DNA from: an uncultured delta proteobacterium
Lineage (GTDB): Bacteria; Desulfobacterota; Binatia; Binatales; Binataceae
Length of the DNA stretch: 64,000 nt
NCBI GenBank assembly: GCA_963724765.1
Contig: CAVRVY010000003.1
Location: 1,408,001-1,472,000 of the forward strand
Reading direction: 5' to 3'
In this document: positions 1 to 10,110 of the stretch, in pieces
Numbering within the stretch: the stretch's first letter is position 1
How the letters are laid out: every line of letters begins with the position of its first letter
Translations under genes and position numbers: made by a program
The notes under the pieces: generated by a model
What the model was told of the DNA's origin: nothing
The model's database searches: none
What the model saw: the letters and a program-made list of their open reading frames with translations, nothing else

Positions 1-719
1 ACCACCCCGAAGTGCTCCATCGCGAACAGCCGCCCGGTGCGGCCCATCCCGCTCAAAACCTCGTCGTAGATCAGTATCGCTCCCGCCAGGTCGCATCGCT
101 CGCGCAGCGCCTGCATGAAGCCAACTGAGGGGATGCGTACGCCGCCCTCGGCCTGCACCGGCTCGATTATCACCGCGGCGACCGTCGAATCGATCGCTTC
201 CAGCGCGGCGGTGTCGCCGTACGGCAGATGGCTTACCGGGCCCGGCAGCGGTTCGAACGGTGCGCGAAACACCGGATTTCCCATCAGCGCCAGCGCTGCC
301 ATCGTGTCCCCATGATACGCGCCGTCGAACGCCACGAAGCGCGCGCGGCGGGTATGCTTGCGCGCCGTCTTGAGCGCGCCCTCGATCGCCTCGGCGCCGC
401 TATTGGTGAAATAGACGCATTCCAGCGGGGCGGGCAACAAACCCGCCAAGCGCTGGGCAAGCCGCACCTGCGCTTCGATAACGTATTCCCCGTATACCAT
501 TACGTGCAGATGGCGGCGGGCCTGGGTGGCAATCGCGTCGAGCACAGCAGGATGGCCATGGCCGAGGGCGGAAACCCCGATCCCGGCGATCAAGTCCAGA
601 TAACGGCGTCCGTCGGCCGTGTACAGCCACGAACCCTCGGCACGGATGACCTCAAGACCGATCGGAGCTGGCGAGGTCTGCGCGACATGGCGCAAAAAGC
701 CTTCTCGCAACGCACTCAT
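1..719 (-). CDS. Class III (PLP) aminotransferase, acetylornithine/omega-transaminase-like; 3' end runs off the window
   Basis: Not in the ORF track; manual translation from ATG 719 gives MSALREGFLRHVAQTSPAPIGLEVIRAEGSWLYTADGRRYLDLIAGIGVSALGHGHP, later FTNSGAEAIEGALK, YHGDT, EPVQAEGG and DEVLSGMGRTG. ATGA overlap with the luxC-like stop. Confidence 0.9.
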   Translation of the reverse strand, partial: MSALREGFLRHVAQTSPAPIGLEVIRAEGSWLYTADGRRYLDLIAGIGVSALGHGHPAVLDAIATQARRHLHVMVYGEYVIEAQVRLAQRLAGLLPAPLECVYFTNSGAEAIEGALKTARKHTRRARFVAFDGAYHGDTMAALALMGNPVFRAPFEPLPGPVSHLPYGDTAALEAIDSTVAAVIIEPVQAEGGVRIPSVGFMQALRERCDLAGAILIYDEVLSGMGRTGRLFAMEHFGV

Positions 720-2056
720 CGCGTCGCCTTTCGCAGCAGTTCGAGCATTGCGCCGCCCCCATGCGGCCAGTCAAGCGGCGGCGATTGCATCCGCCCCGGC
801 TCGCACACGTATGACGCGCCGAGCCGCTGCAATTCCAACCGCAGCCGCGCGTGAAACTCGGGCGGCGCCGCCAACGCGAAGGCTTCCAGCCGGCCGGCCG
901 CCGCATCCAGTCGTCCTCCTAATTCGTCAGCGCGCTCAAGCGCGCTGACGAACACAGTGCGATAGCCCGGCGACGCGCAAAACGTTGCGGCGCCGTCATA
1001 AATGACGGTCCCAGCCATGTCCTCGCTCTCCCATAACGCGACGTCATGATCACCTTCGTGGCAATCGTGATCGGGGCCTGTCCGCTGCGCGAGCGCGCGC
1101 CATCGCGCGCGCTCGCGCAGCGCCCGGATCGCCGCGGCCGCGCCCAGCGGGAGGCGCGCCGGCGCCGGCAGCCGGCGCGCCAGGCGCTCCAGCGCGCGGG
1201 CGAGGCGCGCGGCGAAGCCGCGCGCCTCGCCCGCGCCGCCCACCACGAACACGTGATGCGGCGAGAGACATCCGCGCTGCTCGAACAGCGTGACGTCGCG
1301 GGCGAGTCGGTCCGCCGCCGCGTCGGCGGCGGACGGACTCACCCCGGACAGTACCACCAGCGCGCCGCTTAGCCGGCTGCCGAAGCCGGCCAGCGGCGGC
1401 GCCTGGCGGGGGGCCGCGGCGGTGAGCGCAGCGATGGAGGCGTCGTCGCCGTAGGCAACGACGCCTCCATCGCTGCAGGCCCACAATTCGCGCATCGCGG
1501 CATCGTCGGCGCGGCCGAAATTCACCACTGCCACGCGTGCGGCCACCGCCGCGTCAACCTCTGCCAGTGTGCGCATGAAATTGGCGAAAAACAGCGGTTC
1601 GCCGCTCGCGCTCTTGATCAGCAGCCCGGCACCAGCCAGCAACGCTGCGCAAACTTCATGGATTCCGGCACCCGGCACGTTGCCGGGCATCAGGAAGCCG
1701 AACGAGCGATTGGCGACGGGGAGCTTGGCCGCGAGCGACTTCAGTGACGCGGCTGTAACGGGTTCGAGGAGCGCATCGAGTGATTCGTCGAGCAACGCCG
1801 GCGTCATCCCAAGGGCGGACGCGAGTCCCGTGACGGTCTGGCGGCGCGCGGCTGACTGGCGCCTGCGCCAACGTTCGGCGGTATGGCTAAGCGCAGTCGC
1901 GACCCGCTCCGGAGAGCATCGCTCGGCCCCTCGCACGCGCGCCGCGGCCTGCGCTATCGCGGCGGTCGTCGAAACCGACGGCGCCGAATCGGCGGCGCGC
2001 TGTCTGCTGACAGGCAAGTCCTCCACAGCCGTCCCCGGTATTGTGGCGCGATTCAT
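716..2056 (-). CDS. LuxC-like acyl-CoA/acyl-protein reductase
   Basis: ALDH-like motifs MPGNVP, KSASGEP, VVAYGDD and catalytic-Cys context FEQRGCLSPH; C-terminal PGRMQSPPLDWPHGG. Start chosen at ATG 2056 (the ORF track extends to 2149, into the luxE-like gene). Confidence 0.8.
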   Translation of the reverse strand: MNRATIPGTAVEDLPVSRQRAADSAPSVSTTAAIAQAAARVRGAERCSPERVATALSHTAERWRRRQSAARRQTVTGLASALGMTPALLDESLDALLEPVTAASLKSLAAKLPVANRSFGFLMPGNVPGAGIHEVCAALLAGAGLLIKSASGEPLFFANFMRTLAEVDAAVAARVAVVNFGRADDAAMRELWACSDGGVVAYGDDASIAALTAAAPRQAPPLAGFGSRLSGALVVLSGVSPSAADAAADRLARDVTLFEQRGCLSPHHVFVVGGAGEARGFAARLARALERLARRLPAPARLPLGAAAAIRALRERARWRALAQRTGPDHDCHEGDHDVALWESEDMAGTVIYDGAATFCASPGYRTVFVSALERADELGGRLDAAAGRLEAFALAAPPEFHARLRLELQRLGASYVCEPGRMQSPPLDWPHGGGAMLELLRKATR

Positions 2057-2081
2057 TTGTGCCGCACTGCCGCCGCTCCTG

Positions 2082-3215
2082 TCAGCTCTGCTTCGCGGCA
2101 AACTGTTCCATTCCGAGTGCGCAGCCGCGCGCCTGGCCGTCTTCCGCACGGCCGAGCACCCTGACGGCGCCGTCCTGTACGATCGCCAGGTCTCCAGTCA
2201 GAATCGCCGATACCGAGCCGACGTTGGCCAAATCGAAGAAACGCAGCAAGCCGGGATGGCCGTCCGGGACGCGCTTGAGGCTCGCAGGGTCGACCGCCGC
2301 AACGCCGAGCCACGCCGGCCCCAGCTTGCGGCGCTCGTCGGCACGCTCCTCAGATGGTTCGACGCGGCGCGAGTTGCGAGAATTGCGAGAATTGCGAGAA
2401 TTGAACGATGTCGTATCGTATAACTGCGAACACATCTCGGTCATCCCGTATTCGTTGATCACCATCGTCGGTTCGAGCCCGAGAAGAGCCTGCGCATGCT
2501 CGACGACCTGGCCCGGGCGCAGCGGGACGCGCTGGCCCTTGGCGCCGCCGGTATCCATTAGACGAGAGCCGGCCGCGAGGGATAGCTGCAGACGCTGCGC
2601 ACGCAATTCGTCGAATAGCGCTCCAAACGCCGCCGTTGTTCCCATAACGCAGACCGGGTCGCCGCGGCGCTGGGCCGAGCGCAGAAACTCCAACGCCGGC
2701 GCGATTTCCACCCCTTTGCGGTCGGCCACACAAAGCGCGTCGCCGGCGCCGAACTCCTCGATCATCCAGCTTATCATCTGTCCGAGCGACGACTCGGGCA
2801 TCCGGTCAACGGTCGGATGAAAGCTGAGCATCCGCATCCTGGCTCCGTCGGGAAATAGCATCCTTGCCAGATGGCCCAGCGCCGAGGCGCGGTAGATGTC
2901 GAGACGGGGGACTAGATGGCGTCCGCGTTCGTCTCGCCCAGCGGTCGTGCCGCTGGTCATGAAGACGCGCCCCTGCCCGGGCTGCGAGGGCGTAACCGAG
3001 TCAGCCAGCTCAGCGTACTTAAACGCGGCGGTGCTAAGCGCAGGGACTTGGTCGAGCGAGCGTACCTCGCCCCGATTTACGCCACGGGATAGACAGTACC
3101 GGCGGTAGGGCGAAACGGTATCGAACTGATGGCGAAAAACGTCGAGCGCAAGGGACTCGAAGCGCGCCTGCTCGGGTGCGCGGATAAACGCGAGAACCTC
3201 ATCATAAATCGCCAT
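2082..3215 (-). CDS. LuxE-like acyl-protein synthetase (long-chain fatty acid-protein ligase family)
   Basis: Adenylation motif TSGTT, MDTGGAKG, NEYGMTEMCSQLY, DLANVGSVSAILTGDL and C-terminal RGC acyl-acceptor Cys. Start MAIYDEV. Confidence 0.85.
   Translation of the reverse strand: MAIYDEVLAFIRAPEQARFESLALDVFRHQFDTVSPYRRYCLSRGVNRGEVRSLDQVPALSTAAFKYAELADSVTPSQPGQGRVFMTSGTTAGRDERGRHLVPRLDIYRASALGHLARMLFPDGARMRMLSFHPTVDRMPESSLGQMISWMIEEFGAGDALCVADRKGVEIAPALEFLRSAQRRGDPVCVMGTTAAFGALFDELRAQRLQLSLAAGSRLMDTGGAKGQRVPLRPGQVVEHAQALLGLEPTMVINEYGMTEMCSQLYDTTSFNSRNSRNSRNSRRVEPSEERADERRKLGPAWLGVAAVDPASLKRVPDGHPGLLRFFDLANVGSVSAILTGDLAIVQDGAVRVLGRAEDGQARGCALGMEQFAAKQS
2374..2403. repeat. 9-bp in-frame tandem repeat (TTGCGAGAA)x3 within the luxE-like gene
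   Basis: Seen directly; encodes NSRNSRNSR on the minus strand. Confidence 0.9.
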
Positions 3216-3379
3216 AGGGGGTTGTCGCGCCGCGGGCCTGTAGACCGAACAGTGCACGAACCAATTGCAAATGATGGCATCTGGATGCGTCGCTATTCAA
3301 TCCCACCCTACGATCTGCTAGTAGAAGGCGTGGTGGTGTGGACGTGGTGGGGTGCTTCAGCCAGTATTACGGGACTTAA

Positions 3380-3787
3380 ATGAAAAAATTCATTGCGGGT
3401 GTGGTAGTAGGCTTCTTGCTGAGTTGCGTGGGAGTGTTCGCCGCGCCCAGTTTCGATCACAACGGTTCGTATTGGAACCAGCTTAACGCGTCAGCCAAGA
3501 GCGGCTACGTCAACGGCTACAGCGACGCGATGCAGGTCAGTGTCGGCAAGCTCAATGTCCTGACGACCGCCGCCGATCTCTTCCATTGGAAAGGCGCCGA
3601 CAGGATTATCCATCAGTTGTCGCACGAGTTGGCGATGTCGGAGTTGAAGCCGGCGGACGCGGTAAAGCGCCTCGACACGCTATACGCCAATCGCAAATAT
3701 TCCGAGCTCGACCTCGGCACAGCTCTGCAGGTGCTGGCGATTGACACCACCGATCAGGGTGCCGCAGGCGTGACCGAGAAGAAGTAG
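3380..3787 (+). CDS. Secreted hypothetical protein
   Basis: Signal peptide MKKFIAGVVVGFLLSCVGVFA followed by a helical domain with GSYW..K.GYVNGYSD; followed by a terminator. Confidence 0.8.
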   Translation: MKKFIAGVVVGFLLSCVGVFAAPSFDHNGSYWNQLNASAKSGYVNGYSDAMQVSVGKLNVLTTAADLFHWKGADRIIHQLSHELAMSELKPADAVKRLDTLYANRKYSELDLGTALQVLAIDTTDQGAAGVTEKK

Positions 3788-3807
3788 GTTCCCGGGCTTC
3801 GAGTCCT

Positions 3808-3840
3808 GGCGGCTGCTTGTCCTGCGCCGCCTTTTACTTT
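3808..3840 (+). terminator. Probable rho-independent terminator
   Basis: GGCGGC...GCCGCC stem followed by TTTTACTTT, 20 nt after the stop at 3787. Confidence 0.6.
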
Positions 3841-4091
3841 CTCTATTCTATGGTTAGGCGCCGGCCGCTGATGCGGCTGTCGCAGTTTTGCGCCCATGCC
3901 GCTGGCTCCGCGCCCGATCCGGCCGCGGCGGGGGGCTTACCACCAGACCACGATGCGATCAGGCGGCGTTGACAATTTCATCTTTCCAGACTTAGGTTCC
4001 CTCAATCGATTCGCAACCTGCGTAGGTTGGAGGAGACACGCCATTCGCGCGTGCGAGCAACGTGACCTGATCGAGGCGCGTCAGGGGAGGC

Positions 4092-4709
4092 TTGGTGAAT
4101 AGACCGCTGGAGGTAAAATTCTACTTCGCTTACACCAGCCCCGTTTCCTACCTCGCCAAGGACCCGGCCTACGCGCTCGAGCGCTCGCACGACGTGCGCC
4201 TACGCCACATCCCCTACGGCGTCGATATACGGCGTGTCTATGGCGACGTGCCCACGCGCGGCGAGCGCGACCGGCGAAAGCTGCGCTATCTCTACCATGA
4301 CGCGCGGCGGATGGCGCGTGAGCGCGGCGTGGTGATCTATCCGCCGAAGCAGATTTTCAGCGCGCGGCGCGCGTTCTACGGCGGCTTCTGCGCCGAGGAC
4401 CAGGGCCTGTTCCGTCCCTACTCGGACCGCGTCTACCAGCGCTTTTGGAAGAACGAACTCGAAGTCGAAAACCCCGACGCCCTGGCTGCGATCCTTGAGG
4501 AAGTCGGCGCTGACACGGCGACTTTCCGCCACTGGATCGAAGACGAGGAGAGCGAGGCTAAGCCGCGGCTCAAGCGAGGCTTCGCCGAGGCGGCGGCGGA
4601 CCACGTCTTCGGCGTGCCGACGTTCGTGGCCGACGGCGAGATTTTCTGGGGCTACGACCGGATGCCGTGGCTGATCAAGAAATTGGATGCTCTCGGCCTG
4701 CGCCGCTGA
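4092..4709 (+). CDS. DsbA-family protein, 2-hydroxychromene-2-carboxylate isomerase / kappa-GST-like
   Basis: FYFAYTSPVSYL at the N-terminus and GVPTFVADGEIFWGYDR at the C-terminus, typical of the HCCA isomerase subfamily. True start probably GTG 4095. Confidence 0.85.
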   Translation: MVNRPLEVKFYFAYTSPVSYLAKDPAYALERSHDVRLRHIPYGVDIRRVYGDVPTRGERDRRKLRYLYHDARRMARERGVVIYPPKQIFSARRAFYGGFCAEDQGLFRPYSDRVYQRFWKNELEVENPDALAAILEEVGADTATFRHWIEDEESEAKPRLKRGFAEAAADHVFGVPTFVADGEIFWGYDRMPWLIKKLDALGLRR

Positions 4710-4713
4710 AAGG

Positions 4714-4762
<49 letters not shown>

Positions 4763-4955
4763 TGTTATGGGCTTTGGCGTGGGGGTGACTGTGTTGCCAG
4801 TTACTCATGTCTAATATTTTACACACTACGACTGTTCTTATCGTCGTTAGCGTGTTGTCGTAAAGATAGAGCGCGAAGGTCTTGATACTAAAGGCATGCT
4901 TTTTGCGTAGAAGTTCTCGCGCTGGCAGCGGAATGAAGTGTGACTCGCCGAGCTT

Positions 4956-6119
4956 GTGATTTATGTTTCGAAAAACCGTATCACCGACGCGAATTACAAG
5001 AACGCGGTCGCTTTGACCCGTCACGCTAAACGCGACATTACCGATCTTTTTGCGATTGGACACACGACGTCTCATGGCTGGTTGGCAGAGTTGAACGGCT
5101 GCTTCGATTCTGTCGTTTCGGGGGTATCCCTCGACTCGGCCTTCATGGCCAGGCATACGATATGGTTATCCGGTGGGCGGGCTCTGGGTCCGACCGTCGC
5201 TGCCCAGTCAGCCGGTAACGCAGTACTACCACTGTGTGAAGAGCTGCAAGTTAGTTACGATAAGCTTCGCACCGTGGAACTGGCTCACAGTCTCGGTGTT
5301 CCAGCGCCGATCACGTGGCTGGTTAGTCAACCAGGTCAGTCCGCGGAGATACCGATCCGCTTACCGTGTGTGGTGAAGCCAGCGCGGGAAGCTACGGGAC
5401 TCAAGCTGGTGAGTTATTGCCGAAGCTCAGAGGAGTTGTCGAACGCCGTAGCTCATCAGCTGCATTGCTTGCAAGAAAAAGCGGCGGTTTTGGTCCAGGA
5501 GTTCATAGAGGGTAAGGGCTTCGGTTTATTTGCTCTGATGGATCACGGCGTGCCTCTTCGCGTCTTTATGCATCAGCGCATCCGCGAGTACCGCCTCCGG
5601 CGGAGCCAGCACGGCCGCTCGCGCATATTATTCCGAGCGGCTCAAAGAGCTGGGACTTAGGCTTCGACATCTGAGCTACAATGGCACGGCGTCGCCATGG
5701 TCGAATTCAAATACAGCGATGCGATAGAGGATTTCGTGTTGATGGAGATTAACGGCAAGTTTTGGGGTTCATTGGAGCTGGCGCTTTCGGCGGGAATAAA
5801 TTTCGGCGCTGATTTGATTCGTCTATACCGTGGCGAGAAGCTTTCCTACAGTGAGGAGTACGATCGCGATCACGAGTTTTACTGGCCGCTAGATGAGGAC
5901 CTATTGACCCTGTGGAAAACGCGCTCCCTAGGCAGGATAACCGATTACTGGAGGCCTAACGCCCACACTAACTTATCCCAGAGCTTGCGCGCTGACGCAG
6001 TTAAGGTTCTTCGTTTGGCCAAAAAACTGATTGCAGATCCGCTGCGGCCGCCACCAATGTGGGCGCCGAAACAGACCGCTCTTAACCTTGCGGCGCAACG
6101 CTCAGCCTCGGCTGATTAA
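4956..6119 (+). pseudogene. ATP-grasp (carboxylate-amine ligase) protein, frameshifted
   Basis: DKLRTVELAHSLGVPAP, PCVVKP, LVQEFIEG and HQRIREY; then a frame change near 5590 to SGGASTAARAYYSERLKELG, and another near 5670 to WHGVAMVEFK...LMEINGKFWGSL. Confidence 0.75.
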
Positions 6120-6137
6120 ATCGGAAGGCAGCCATCG

Positions 6138-7349
6138 ATGGATCAGGCACTAGTGTCCGCCGGCAAGGTCAATATTACTCCGCGCTCCGCGATGATGCTC
6201 GGCGGCTATGAGAACCGTAAAACGCCGTCCAGATCGGTCGCGGATGAACTTGAAGCAAACGTCCTTCGAATAGAAGGGAAGCTTGGGCGAGTGGTGATAG
6301 TCACTACCGACCTGCTCTATCCCGGGCAAACACTGCGCAACCAGCTTCTGCAGAACCTGGATCTTAACGAAGACGAGCTCTTCTTAAGTGCCTCGCACAC
6401 GCACTATGCCCCCATGACGGCGCCGGCCATGCCACTCCTCGGCGTCGTAAATGACGACTATGTTCGAGATTTGTCAAATCGGATTTCGACGCTAATCAGA
6501 TCTCTGGAACGGCCCAAGCGGTCCTACCGTTGCACGTACCATGAGGGCCTTTTGAATCATTCGATGAATCGCCGTCTGGCCCGTTTGCGGCTGACAGGGT
6601 CCGGTTGGTACCGGTGATCGGTATGGGTCCCAATGAAAGGGGAGAGAGGGACGAAACTGTCTGACTTCTTAGATTCGCAGATGAAAATGGCGTATCTGTC
6701 GCGGTTCTCTGGAACTACGCTTGTCATGCCTCGGATCTCTTCGATCGTCAGCAGATATAGGCCGCATACCCGGGTAAGGTTCGCCAGCGCCTGCGAGAAA
6801 CCTTCGGGAATGTGCCGGTACTGTTTTTTCAAGGCTTCTCCGGGGATGTAAGGCCTCCCTTCGTTGGGTTATCACCAGGCTTTAGAAGTTTAGCCGCGGA
6901 GAGCATTGCGAGGACCCCAGTTTAAGAAGGCTCCTACAAAACAAATGTGGGAGACCTGGTCTGACAGTCTGGCAAGTTCGATAGCCGAATCTTGCGCTAC
7001 ATCTTCTGGTACTCTGGAAATGCGATCACCCAAAGTGAAGCGGGTTGAGGTGCGGGAAAGTGAGTTCGCGGTTGGTGGGAGTGGAACCAAGTCTCTTTTC
7101 TGGCACGTGATAGATTGTGGTGGCTTTCAAATCGTGGGCATTAACGCGGAACCTGCTGTTGGGTACCGGCGCTTAATCCAGGATAAGTTCGATCGCACGC
7201 CATTCCTGACGGTTGGATGTCTCGATCAGACTCACTGCTACTTGCCACCGATGCCATGATCGCAGAAGGCGGATATGAGGTAGAAGGCTTCCGCCGCTTA
7301 TTCGGTTTTGATGGACGATTCGGGATGAAATGCAGACTTCGATTATTAA
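6138..7349 (+). pseudogene. Neutral/alkaline ceramidase-like hydrolase, multiply frameshifted
   Basis: N-terminal GKVNITP...LGGY and SASHTHYAP; downstream fragments in other frames give VLWNYACH, PVLFFQGFSGDVRP and YLP...EGGYEVEGF. The end coordinate is approximate. Confidence 0.65.
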
Positions 7350-7411
7350 AAGGTTGAGCGAGGCGCTGCACTAGAGGTAGCGCCTCGGATCCTGCACTCG
7401 GTGGTGAACAA

Positions 7412-8269
7412 ATGAATAAGTGCCTGGCAATAACTCCGGCTCGCGACGAGGAGCGCTTTCTGCCAGGGTTGATCGAATCTATGGCCGCGCAGACGTGCCG
7501 GCCACAGAGCTGGATCGTGATTGACGACGGCTCCGCCGATCAAACCGCCGCGCTGCTCGGCCAGGCCGCGCTTGAACATCCATGGATCGAGGTTCACCAC
7601 CTTCCCCGCAACCGCGCACGTGCCTTCGGCGGCGAGTCAGTGATCATGCATTTTCTGAAGCCGGAGCGGATCCGGGGCTACGACTACATCCTGCGCCTTG
7701 ATGCCGACCTTACGTTTGGACCAACCATGATCGAATCGCTTCTGACGGAGTTCAGCAAAGATCAGGATCTGGGGGTTGGTGGCGCGGTGCTATATGAACC
7801 TCACAATGGCGCATGGCACGAGGTCAAGGTGCCGCGCTTCCATACTCGGGGTGCCGTGAAAATGTATTCCACCCGATGTTTTGAGGCGATTGGCGGCCTG
7901 CATCCAGGCGTCGGCTGGGACACGATCGACGAAGCACATGCGATGCTGCTGGGCTTCACAGCCAAAAACTTTCCTAGCATCGTTGCGAATCATCATCGTC
8001 CACAAGGGCTGGCGGGAGGGCTTCTGCGTAGCAGGTTTAGCACCGGTCATACTGCGTATCTAGTCGGATATTCGCCGGTGTTTATGATGATGCGATCGCT
8101 TGTGCGGTTATTTGACAAGCCGATATTTGTTGGTAGTCTCATGATGCTCAGCGGGTACCTGAGTGGATACCTGCGCCGCGTCCCAAAGAGTTCTTCCCCG
8201 GAGCTGATCAGATTTATCCGACGTCAGCAGCTCCGCCGACTCCTGATGATGGAATCGGTCTGGCGCTGA
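7412..8269 (+). CDS. Glycosyltransferase family 2
   Basis: ITPARDEE, WIVIDDGSAD, RLDADL (DxD) and GWDTIDE. Confidence 0.9.
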   Translation: MNKCLAITPARDEERFLPGLIESMAAQTCRPQSWIVIDDGSADQTAALLGQAALEHPWIEVHHLPRNRARAFGGESVIMHFLKPERIRGYDYILRLDADLTFGPTMIESLLTEFSKDQDLGVGGAVLYEPHNGAWHEVKVPRFHTRGAVKMYSTRCFEAIGGLHPGVGWDTIDEAHAMLLGFTAKNFPSIVANHHRPQGLAGGLLRSRFSTGHTAYLVGYSPVFMMMRSLVRLFDKPIFVGSLMMLSGYLSGYLRRVPKSSSPELIRFIRRQQLRRLLMMESVWR

Positions 8270-8572
8270 ACGGAGGACCGCTACTTTGAGCGGCGGAAAG
8301 CGACCGACCACATGGCGGCGCTCTCACCGACGATCTCGAATCTCATGTTCTTAGATCAAACAGTCGCTCATGCTCGTCAAATGAGGCCGGCGCAGGATAC
8401 AAGAAATTCTCGCGAAGCCAGCGGCCTGTATCGACCAGATCGCACCTGCGTCTCAGGCGGCGAGTCAATGACCGTGGTGAATTGCTAGCTAGTCAAAACA
8501 GCGATTTTTTTAGCGGAAGGAGCCGGTCGACCATAGAAACCTCGAATAAGTGAAAGACCTATTGCGAATCTG

Positions 8573-8610
8573 TCAGCTATTGAGAGTAACCATCAGCTAT
8601 CGAGAGTAAC
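8573..8610. repeat. 18-bp direct repeat x2, period 20
   Basis: TCAGCTATTGAGAGTAAC and TCAGCTATCGAGAGTAAC (1 mismatch), lying between convergent genes. Confidence 0.8.
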
Positions 8611-8694
8611 GCACACGAGAGGATCGAGTGGGCCTGAAGAACTTAGCCAATTATCATAAGATGCGGCTGTTGTGTCCGCTTTCCGTGAGCACTG

Positions 8695-9405
8695 TCACGT
8701 GTCGCTCATGTGCATCAGTCGTCCCCCAGCCTGTCTTAGTAGACGCAGGGCCAGGGCGGGGTCCCGACGCTTCCATGATTTAATCAACTGCGAAAGTCCA
8801 AACTCCCAGTGCGACGTCATGCGCGGCGGCGCCCAGCGCATAGAGCCGTTAAGTATTGAGGTACGTAAAGAACCAAGATTTTCTACTTCCAGGAGCGCAC
8901 TGCCAATACTGCAAGCGAAGTGCGCGTCGGACCCCGCAAAACCGCGCTTGCCAAGAAATTTCGCTAATTCGTCAGCGCGTTGGTTTCGTGACGGTTTGGT
9001 GCGGCAATTTAGTACTTCGACCAAGTCACATTCGGCCGCGATTTTCTCTGGAGCGCGATGCCCTACGTAGGGATGAGGCAAGAGCAGGAGGGCATTGGAT
9101 GCTCGTGCTTCCTTCACGAAATCCGGGAATTTCCGGGCCTTAAGCTCGTGCTCAATGAATGCGGCTATTACATCACCTTCGTCTGTGAGGTACTCGGCGG
9201 CGATCGGCACTTGCAAAGACGGCAGACAGCGGGCCGCGGCAGCCCTTAGTTCGCGCGCGCCAGCAGTCGTATCGTGGTCGGTAAGAATTATAAAATCGAG
9301 CGTCTCTGCCGCGGCAACTCGAAGGTAAGTTGCGATACTTACGAGCGAGTCGTGGGAGTATCGCGAATGGCAGTGGATGACGCCCCGAAGATATCTTTTG
9401 CCCAT
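8695..9405 (-). CDS. PHP-domain metal-dependent phosphoesterase
   Basis: HCHSRYSHDS, LTDHD, PHPY and GSDAH motifs. Confidence 0.9.
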   Translation of the reverse strand: MGKRYLRGVIHCHSRYSHDSLVSIATYLRVAAAETLDFIILTDHDTTAGARELRAAAARCLPSLQVPIAAEYLTDEGDVIAAFIEHELKARKFPDFVKEARASNALLLLPHPYVGHRAPEKIAAECDLVEVLNCRTKPSRNQRADELAKFLGKRGFAGSDAHFACSIGSALLEVENLGSLRTSILNGSMRWAPPRMTSHWEFGLSQLIKSWKRRDPALALRLLRQAGGRLMHMSDT

Positions 9406-9927
9406 GCTGGCCTTTCGGCATCTACCGAGCGTTGCAGCCGTAGACGATGCCGGTCTTGTAGTCTAAGTTTTCTCCGTCATTTTTTTGCAGTCGCCTGACC
9501 AGTCACCACCATACAGAAAAAGTATCGAAGGCCATAGGGCTAAGCAGTAAGCGTGCCGATAAGACCCCTCCTGGTCCTTAAACGGGAATGCCCGTTGCAC
9601 TGTTGGAATTGAGTAGCTGCTTCATTAGTGGGCTCTTATGCAGGAGATCCATGATTCCATATCTCGCGGCCGCCATCATCATTCTGGATTAGCCACACGG
9701 TACATCGCCGTGCGATACCGCGAATAGCAAGTACCTCGCCGGAGCATTCTTCGTCAGTAGCGGAATGCAATTCTACTTCTACATCGGGAAAATCCCGATC
9801 CTTCTCTTGGGTACGAACGCAGTTCAGTCGCCGGAGCTCAGTGGCGTGCGCTCCGCGATCCACTTTTTGCTCTGTCTCGTCTGCTTGTATTTCGGGTTCT
9901 TCAGCCGCAAGCGCCCAGCGGCTTGAA

Positions 9928-10092
9928 AAGGGCCGTTCACGAACAGCCTCCACGGCACGAGGATGCCGGCGGCATCTTTGCGATACTGCTCCCGCTCTGA
10001 TCGGGCCGCGGCGCTCGCAAAATTCAAACGCCGGGTCTCCAGCGCTTTCTTGCAGGACTTCTTTTGTAGGGGCCGTTCGTGAACGCCTTCTA
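9928..10092. repeat. Inverted pair of GTAG-type REP-like palindromes (BIME-like)
   Basis: 10066-10092 reads GTAGGGGCCGTTCGTGAACGCCTTCTA; the reverse complement of 9928-9953 reads GTGGAGGCTGTTCGTGAACGGCCCTT. Confidence 0.65.
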
Positions 10093-10110
10093 TCAATCGC
10101 CGGCGGATGG

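Noticed and set aside
716-3215. Bioluminescence (lux) operon
   Set aside because: No luxA, luxB or luxD; LuxC/LuxE homologues are widespread in non-luminous bacteria.
6662-6664. In-frame TGA in a ceramidase-like fragment as possible selenocysteine
   Set aside because: Context ETV*LLRF is not a redox Cys position, no SECIS is evident, and the surrounding region has many errors.
9636-10096. Short minus-strand ORFs at the right edge of the low-GC block
   Set aside because: They cross the block junction and the REP pair; no recognisable family.
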